A DNA stretch of 10,733 nt from Candidatus Nanohalobium sp. (lineage in GTDB: Archaea; Nanohalarchaeota; Nanosalinia; Nanosalinales; Nanosalinaceae): the NCBI GenBank assembly GCA_042217545.1, contig JBDGSM010000028.1, positions 1 through 10,733 of the forward strand, in the 5' to 3' direction. Position numbers and translations under genes: made by a program. Of this stretch, positions 7,089 to 10,733 are shown piece by piece (the stretch's first letter is position 1; each line of letters starts with the position of its first letter). A model generated the notes under the pieces. It made no database searches, was not told the origin of the DNA, and saw only the letters and a program-made list of their open reading frames with translations.

Positions 7089-8081
7089 TTAGGCCTCCAT
7101 GATGTCAAGGAGCTGTTCAAGTTCTTTTTCCGTGTCGAGGACTTCGTACTGGTTCGCGATAATTTCGATCCTTCCGAAGTAGTCGTTGTAACGTGTTCTT
7201 CCTTCGATCTCGACTTCCTTGCCTGTTGCTTTCTCAGCTCCTTCCTCCACTGCGTCGATATCGCCTTCAGTCTCCTCTTCCTCATCGATCTCCAGGAGTT
7301 CGCGGGCCTGGTCCCGGAAGAAAACTGTCCTGATCGAATCGGTTCCATCGTCCACGACTGCGGAGATCGCCAGGGCCTTGTTCGGCTCGACCTCTCCGTG
7401 CTCGTCACATACGAAATCGCCGTCATCGTTCTCTCGTACCGATGTTCCGCATTCCGGGCATGTGCTGTAGAAGGGATTTGAAGTATACACGTTCATTATC
7501 ATTCCTTTGATTCTGTAAGTGGCACCTTCATCGCTTACGCTGCTGATCGAGGCCTCCTGTGCCTCGTTCGGGTTCTTTACTTCTCCGATGTCGTCCTCGT
7601 CCGCCATCTTGACCTGGACTTCGTCTCCAAGCCTCAGCTCCGCGTTTCCCTGATTATCTTCTACTGTGTAGGCGCCTGAGATCTCGATGACATCATCTTC
7701 GTCGATCTTCTCTGCGATCTCTGTCTGTTCGTCCCAGAGCGTTACTCTGATAGTACCTGTTTCGTCGCCGAGGACAATGTTCTGTACCTTTCCGTCCTCT
7801 TCATCGTCGTCACGCTCGAAAGTGTTTACGTCGCTGATATCGACCACTCTGGCTTTCAAACGCACTTTCCTCATCTCCGGGACAATGTTCTCTACTTTGA
7901 GCTCTTGGTCGCCGCCTTCTGCGACTGCAACACCGTTCTCTTTGGCGACAAGATGTACGGCTCCTTCTTCGCTGACAAGGCCTTCGAACTCTTCCATTTT
8001 CTCCTCTATCTCTTCCTTTACTTCGTCTTCTTCGAGCTCTGTCTCGTCCACTATCTTGGCGATTATGTCCTCGACTTCCAT
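7089..8081 (-). CDS. rpa: Replication protein A (OB-fold ssDNA-binding protein with Zn finger)
   Basis: OB-fold motifs GDETGTIRVTLWD and DDGTDSIRTVFF, Zn ligands CPEC...CDEH, helical N-domain (GLVSEEGAVHLVA); directly upstream of radA. Confidence 0.92.
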   Translation of the reverse strand: MEVEDIIAKIVDETELEEDEVKEEIEEKMEEFEGLVSEEGAVHLVAKENGVAVAEGGDQELKVENIVPEMRKVRLKARVVDISDVNTFERDDDEEDGKVQNIVLGDETGTIRVTLWDEQTEIAEKIDEDDVIEISGAYTVEDNQGNAELRLGDEVQVKMADEDDIGEVKNPNEAQEASISSVSDEGATYRIKGMIMNVYTSNPFYSTCPECGTSVRENDDGDFVCDEHGEVEPNKALAISAVVDDGTDSIRTVFFRDQARELLEIDEEEETEGDIDAVEEGAEKATGKEVEIEGRTRYNDYFGRIEIIANQYEVLDTEKELEQLLDIMEA

Positions 8082-8178
8082 ACCAGAAAACTCGGATGGA
8101 AAGCTTAAATCCCTGATGTCTACCGGAAGTGACGGAAATAAGGCCCTTAGAAAAAGAAGATATGGGGGCGGGAAAAAA

Positions 8179-8376
8179 TTATTTCAGGGCTTCCCTGACG
8201 TCTTCCCCGCGGACCGTCTTCCTGCCTTTTTCTTCGGCAATTGCTATCGCTTCTTCCGCTACGTCTCCCGCGAAAGTTTCCAGGATGTCGCCGAGTTCCT
8301 CAGCTCCTTCCTCGGATACTCTCTTGTCTCCCTGAGTCTTGATCATGTCCTTCATCTTCGCTACGGAAAATTCCAT
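8179..8376 (-). CDS. Archaeal histone (single HMf-like fold)
   Basis: 65 aa with RVS and GRKTVxxED histone-fold motifs. SD AGGTGA and TTTAAA box at ~8413-8418. Confidence 0.93.
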   Translation of the reverse strand: MEFSVAKMKDMIKTQGDKRVSEEGAEELGDILETFAGDVAEEAIAIAEEKGRKTVRGEDVREALK

Positions 8377-8503
8377 TTTCTGTCACCTGTTAAACCAAGA
8401 CTTCCTGCAATAATTTAAACAGGACGGTTACCACGACATAATTCGGTTCAGGAGTTGGAGCGCCGTCCCTGAAAGTTATTAACCTGAAACCACAAGTATA
8501 ACT

Positions 8504-8803
8504 GTGGGGAAAAACGGGGGCAAGCAAGAGTCTCTGAAAGAGTTCTTTGTAAACGTCAAATCGGCGAAGATACTGGTATCTCTCAGCAATCCCACAACGG
8601 ATAACTACGCATCCCGGATCTCAAGCGATGTCGACTGCACTTATTCTCACACTGTCCGCATAATACAGAAGTTTGAGGACAGAGGCCTGATCAGTTCAAG
8701 GAAAGAAGGCAGGAAAAAGATGATAGAACTCACATCGGAGGGCATGGAGATAGCTGAGGATCTCGGCGACCTGATGCGCAGCCTTGAAGCCGCTGAAAGA
8801 TAG
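8504..8803 (+). CDS. Winged helix-turn-helix DNA-binding protein (MarR/ArsR-like fold)
   Basis: HTH YASRISSDVDCTYSHTVRIIQKFEDRGLI and wing KEGRKKMIELTSEG. GAAAG-TTATTAA promoter with the box 28 nt before the GTG. Divergent from the histone gene. Confidence 0.88.
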   Translation: MGKNGGKQESLKEFFVNVKSAKILVSLSNPTTDNYASRISSDVDCTYSHTVRIIQKFEDRGLISSRKEGRKKMIELTSEGMEIAEDLGDLMRSLEAAER

Positions 8804-8814
8804 AGGCCTTCGAG

Positions 8815-9204
8815 CTATTCCGGGTTGGATACCGTGACTTCGTATCCTTCAGGTGGCTCGGCTCCTCCTTCAAGTCCGTATCTCTCGATCTGTGTTACCA
8901 GGTCTTCAGCTACTTCTTCAGGTTCAAACTCTTCACCGTACATGCTGCTGGATACAGCCGTTCCGCTCATGAACTCCTCAAAGTCGTCGTTCTCCATCGC
9001 TTCGTAAGCATCTGAAAAGGTCACTTCGGAGACCTCGACATCCAACCTCGCCTTCTTAGAAGGGTTGTGCTTCCCTATATCGAAGATGTAACCTCTTCTA
9101 TTGTCCTCATCTACATCAGGTAAGTGACCTGGTTCACCGTAAAGAATCCTTTCGGGAGAATCCACGTCCCCCTCGATACCCTGGAGTTCAAAACTATCGC
9201 TCAT
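8815..9204 (-). CDS. Acidic hypothetical protein
   Basis: 129 aa, strongly D/E-rich; TTAAATA box ~31 nt upstream of the ATG. Confidence 0.8.
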   Translation of the reverse strand: MSDSFELQGIEGDVDSPERILYGEPGHLPDVDEDNRRGYIFDIGKHNPSKKARLDVEVSEVTFSDAYEAMENDDFEEFMSGTAVSSSMYGEEFEPEEVAEDLVTQIERYGLEGGAEPPEGYEVTVSNPE

Positions 9205-9318
9205 ATGTAACTAATAGGTAGCAAAAAATATTTAATGTTGTTTTCTGATGAGGCCTGGAAGCCTCACGGTTTCGCAGGGAGATATGTATCGATTACCCTG
9301 TGGCTCATCGAAGCAATG

Positions 9319-9599
9319 AGGTCGATCAAAAAGGAAGAAAGATCTTCAGGCCTTAAACCCAGATAATTTCCGCATTAGAGAGCTGTTGCTGCGCGGAGTA
9401 GATGATCTGTCTCTGCACCTGCCTGAGAAAGCAAGATTTCTTACAATCACATCCCGGCAATGATGGTTGCTGCCCTGCTCCGCAACCACTCTCCTGAAAC
9501 TTCTGGTGGTAACCAGGCTATGCTCTTGCGAGGGCAGAAATTCACAGTACCTGGGCAGAAGGCCTCCTCTAGTCGGGGCTAAAAGCTGATCAGAGACCT
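9319..9599 (+). ncRNA. Candidate structured non-coding RNA of unknown class
   Basis: No ORF of 60 aa or more. Nested helices found by eye: 9319-28/9587-99, 9348-54/9559-65, 9358-62/9551-55, 9365-70/9537-42, 9378-82/9489-93, 9393-9401/9475-83, plus local hairpins. G-U pairs favour the + strand. Confidence 0.45.
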
Positions 9600-9601
9600 G
9601 A

Positions 9602-10598
9602 TATTCTCACAATCCGAACAGAAAAGAGTGTTAATTATAGTCGAACATACAATGTTTTTAGAAAGGCTTTGGTGTTTCTCACAGGTAAAAACCTCTTGTT
9701 ATCCTGTAGTTTTTGGCGCTGGATTTTTACGGTAGAAGGCCTATACCTGTATTATGAAGATCACAAAGATCCAGGACGACGGTGAGCGGTTCATCATACA
9801 CGGCGATGGAAGGCTCCTGGAGGAGCTGAGAGATGTATTCGACAATATGGCTCTGGGAGTCTCCGTCACAGAGTCGGACAGAGGGGTCGCTAACATCCTC
9901 TATACGGAGAACAACAGGGATCTGGTGCTGAGGGTGCTTAACGATCACACTGAGAAATGAGACCCAATGAGTGTTGAAGGTAAATGAACAATCTGTAGGC
10001 CTTCTCCTGGTGTTCTGGTAATTCGCCGCACAACAGAGTTTCACAGGGTTAGAAGACTTTCCCGGTTACCTTGATAGGATATAGATAGGTAGAGAACAGC
10101 TAATAGCAGAGAGATCAAGGCCTGATACTTGCCCATTTGTTGTTTTCTCCGCTGTAGGCCTCCTGGTACTTCTCTGAGGATCCATTAGCTCGGCTATACT
10201 ATGGCGAGTTTCGCTGCTCCGGTCCTTTGGAGGCGGCATTTTGCCCTCTTCGCTCATGAAAGATTGTTTGGTTTTCAGCATTGTAATTTTAATGATGTTC
10301 GCTGATCTTCAACACTCAATTACCATGAGTGTTCAAAACTGGCGAACATCGAGGCTTATAGCGAAAGGCCTCAACATAAAGGAGGTATAGTAGAAATATG
10401 GCCGAGGCCGTTTCCTGGTATGTTCTTGGTGCATTAGGTTGGGGTCGCGCCCCAGATTCCTCACTAAATAAAGAAGGTATATCTTCGGCGTGTGAAAGGC
10501 CTGGTGTGATTTACCTGGTGTCAGTTATACCTTCTTTGTTAAGAAGGTTTTTCGATATTTAGGCCTGAAATCCTGTGAGTGTGTAAACTGTTTGAACA
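9602..10598. promoter_or_regulatory. Six dispersed copies of the palindrome TGTTC-N9-GAACA
   Basis: Copies at 9602-9620, 9629-9647, 9972-9990, 10296-10314, 10330-10348 and 10580-10598. Spacer length is fixed while its sequence varies. Confidence 0.7.
9754..9960 (+). CDS. Small hypothetical protein (68 aa)
   Basis: Acidic, globular-looking sequence, GC3-rich codons, TTTA box 28 nt before the ATG. Confidence 0.7.
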   Translation: MKITKIQDDGERFIIHGDGRLLEELRDVFDNMALGVSVTESDRGVANILYTENNRDLVLRVLNDHTEK

Positions 10599-10653
10599 CT
10601 CATTTAATTTTTCTGATGGTGCTTTTTATCTGGGCGGACTAAAACTTCTGTTT

Positions 10654-10733
10654 ATGGGAGTTGGTGAAAGCAAGCTGAACCTGTCGGTTCTTGGAGCGCT
10701 CTGGAAGGGCTGGAGCATACAGATCAAGGAAGA
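10654..10733 (+). CDS. 5' start of a hypothetical protein (partial)
   Basis: MGVGESKLNLSVLGALWKGWSIQIKE... is open to the window end; TTTATC box ~29 nt upstream. Confidence 0.45.
   Translation, partial: MGVGESKLNLSVLGALWKGWSIQIKE

Larger units (their letters stand above)
15..10566. repeat. Highly iterated palindromic hexamer AGGCCT
   Basis: 44 exact copies by hand count, in genes (several reading frames) and in intergenic DNA. Confidence 0.9.

Noticed and set aside
883..7426. Alternate-frame minus ORFs 883-1107, 6101-6331 and 7076-7426
   Set aside because: Arg/Ser-rich off-frame readings overlapping well-supported genes.
223..8418. Ser/Phe-rich + strand ORFs (223-501, 649-852, 1415-1699, 1903-2340, 2359-2571, 2898-3083, 3358-3555, 3604-3873, 4973-5511, 6421-7092, 7219-8418)
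   Set aside because: Antisense shadows of Glu/Lys-rich minus-strand genes (GAA/AAA read as TTC/TTT).
9245..9275. CTGATGA plus hairpin resembling a hammerhead ribozyme
   Set aside because: The required GAAA after stem II is absent.
9319..9599. RNase P RNA or SRP RNA identity
   Set aside because: Only vague motifs (GAAGAAAG, TGAAAC, CAGAAGG); no P4 pairing and no SRP helix-8 motif with correct spacing.
8825..10281. ORFs 8825-9007 (+), 9727-10044 (-) and 10066-10281 (-)
   Set aside because: The first two are antisense to better genes. The third has a non-halophilic composition and no clear start signals.

Overview
Archaeal DNA, most likely from a nanohaloarchaeon. This is inferred from the very acidic RadA and RPA, a single short histone and moderate GC. 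The centre is a housekeeping block: histone, RPA and radA on the minus strand, plus a divergent winged-helix gene. Downstream of radA (108-5993, minus strand) lies a ~5.9 kb AT-richer tandem array built from only two unknown families. Family A (helical, Lys/Glu-rich) has 5 intact copies and 2 fragments. Family B (acidic, with an HxTxYRD...HSDPKxW motif) has 2 intact copies and 2 remnants lacking their 5' ends. The array also shows a duplicated promoter cassette, deletion junctions and mosaic tracts. The largely non-coding right end (9240-10650) holds a candidate ~280-nt structured RNA and six copies of a TGTTC-N9-GAACA palindrome. The hexamer AGGCCT occurs 44 times by hand count against about 2-3 expected, like a HIP1-type highly iterated palindrome.
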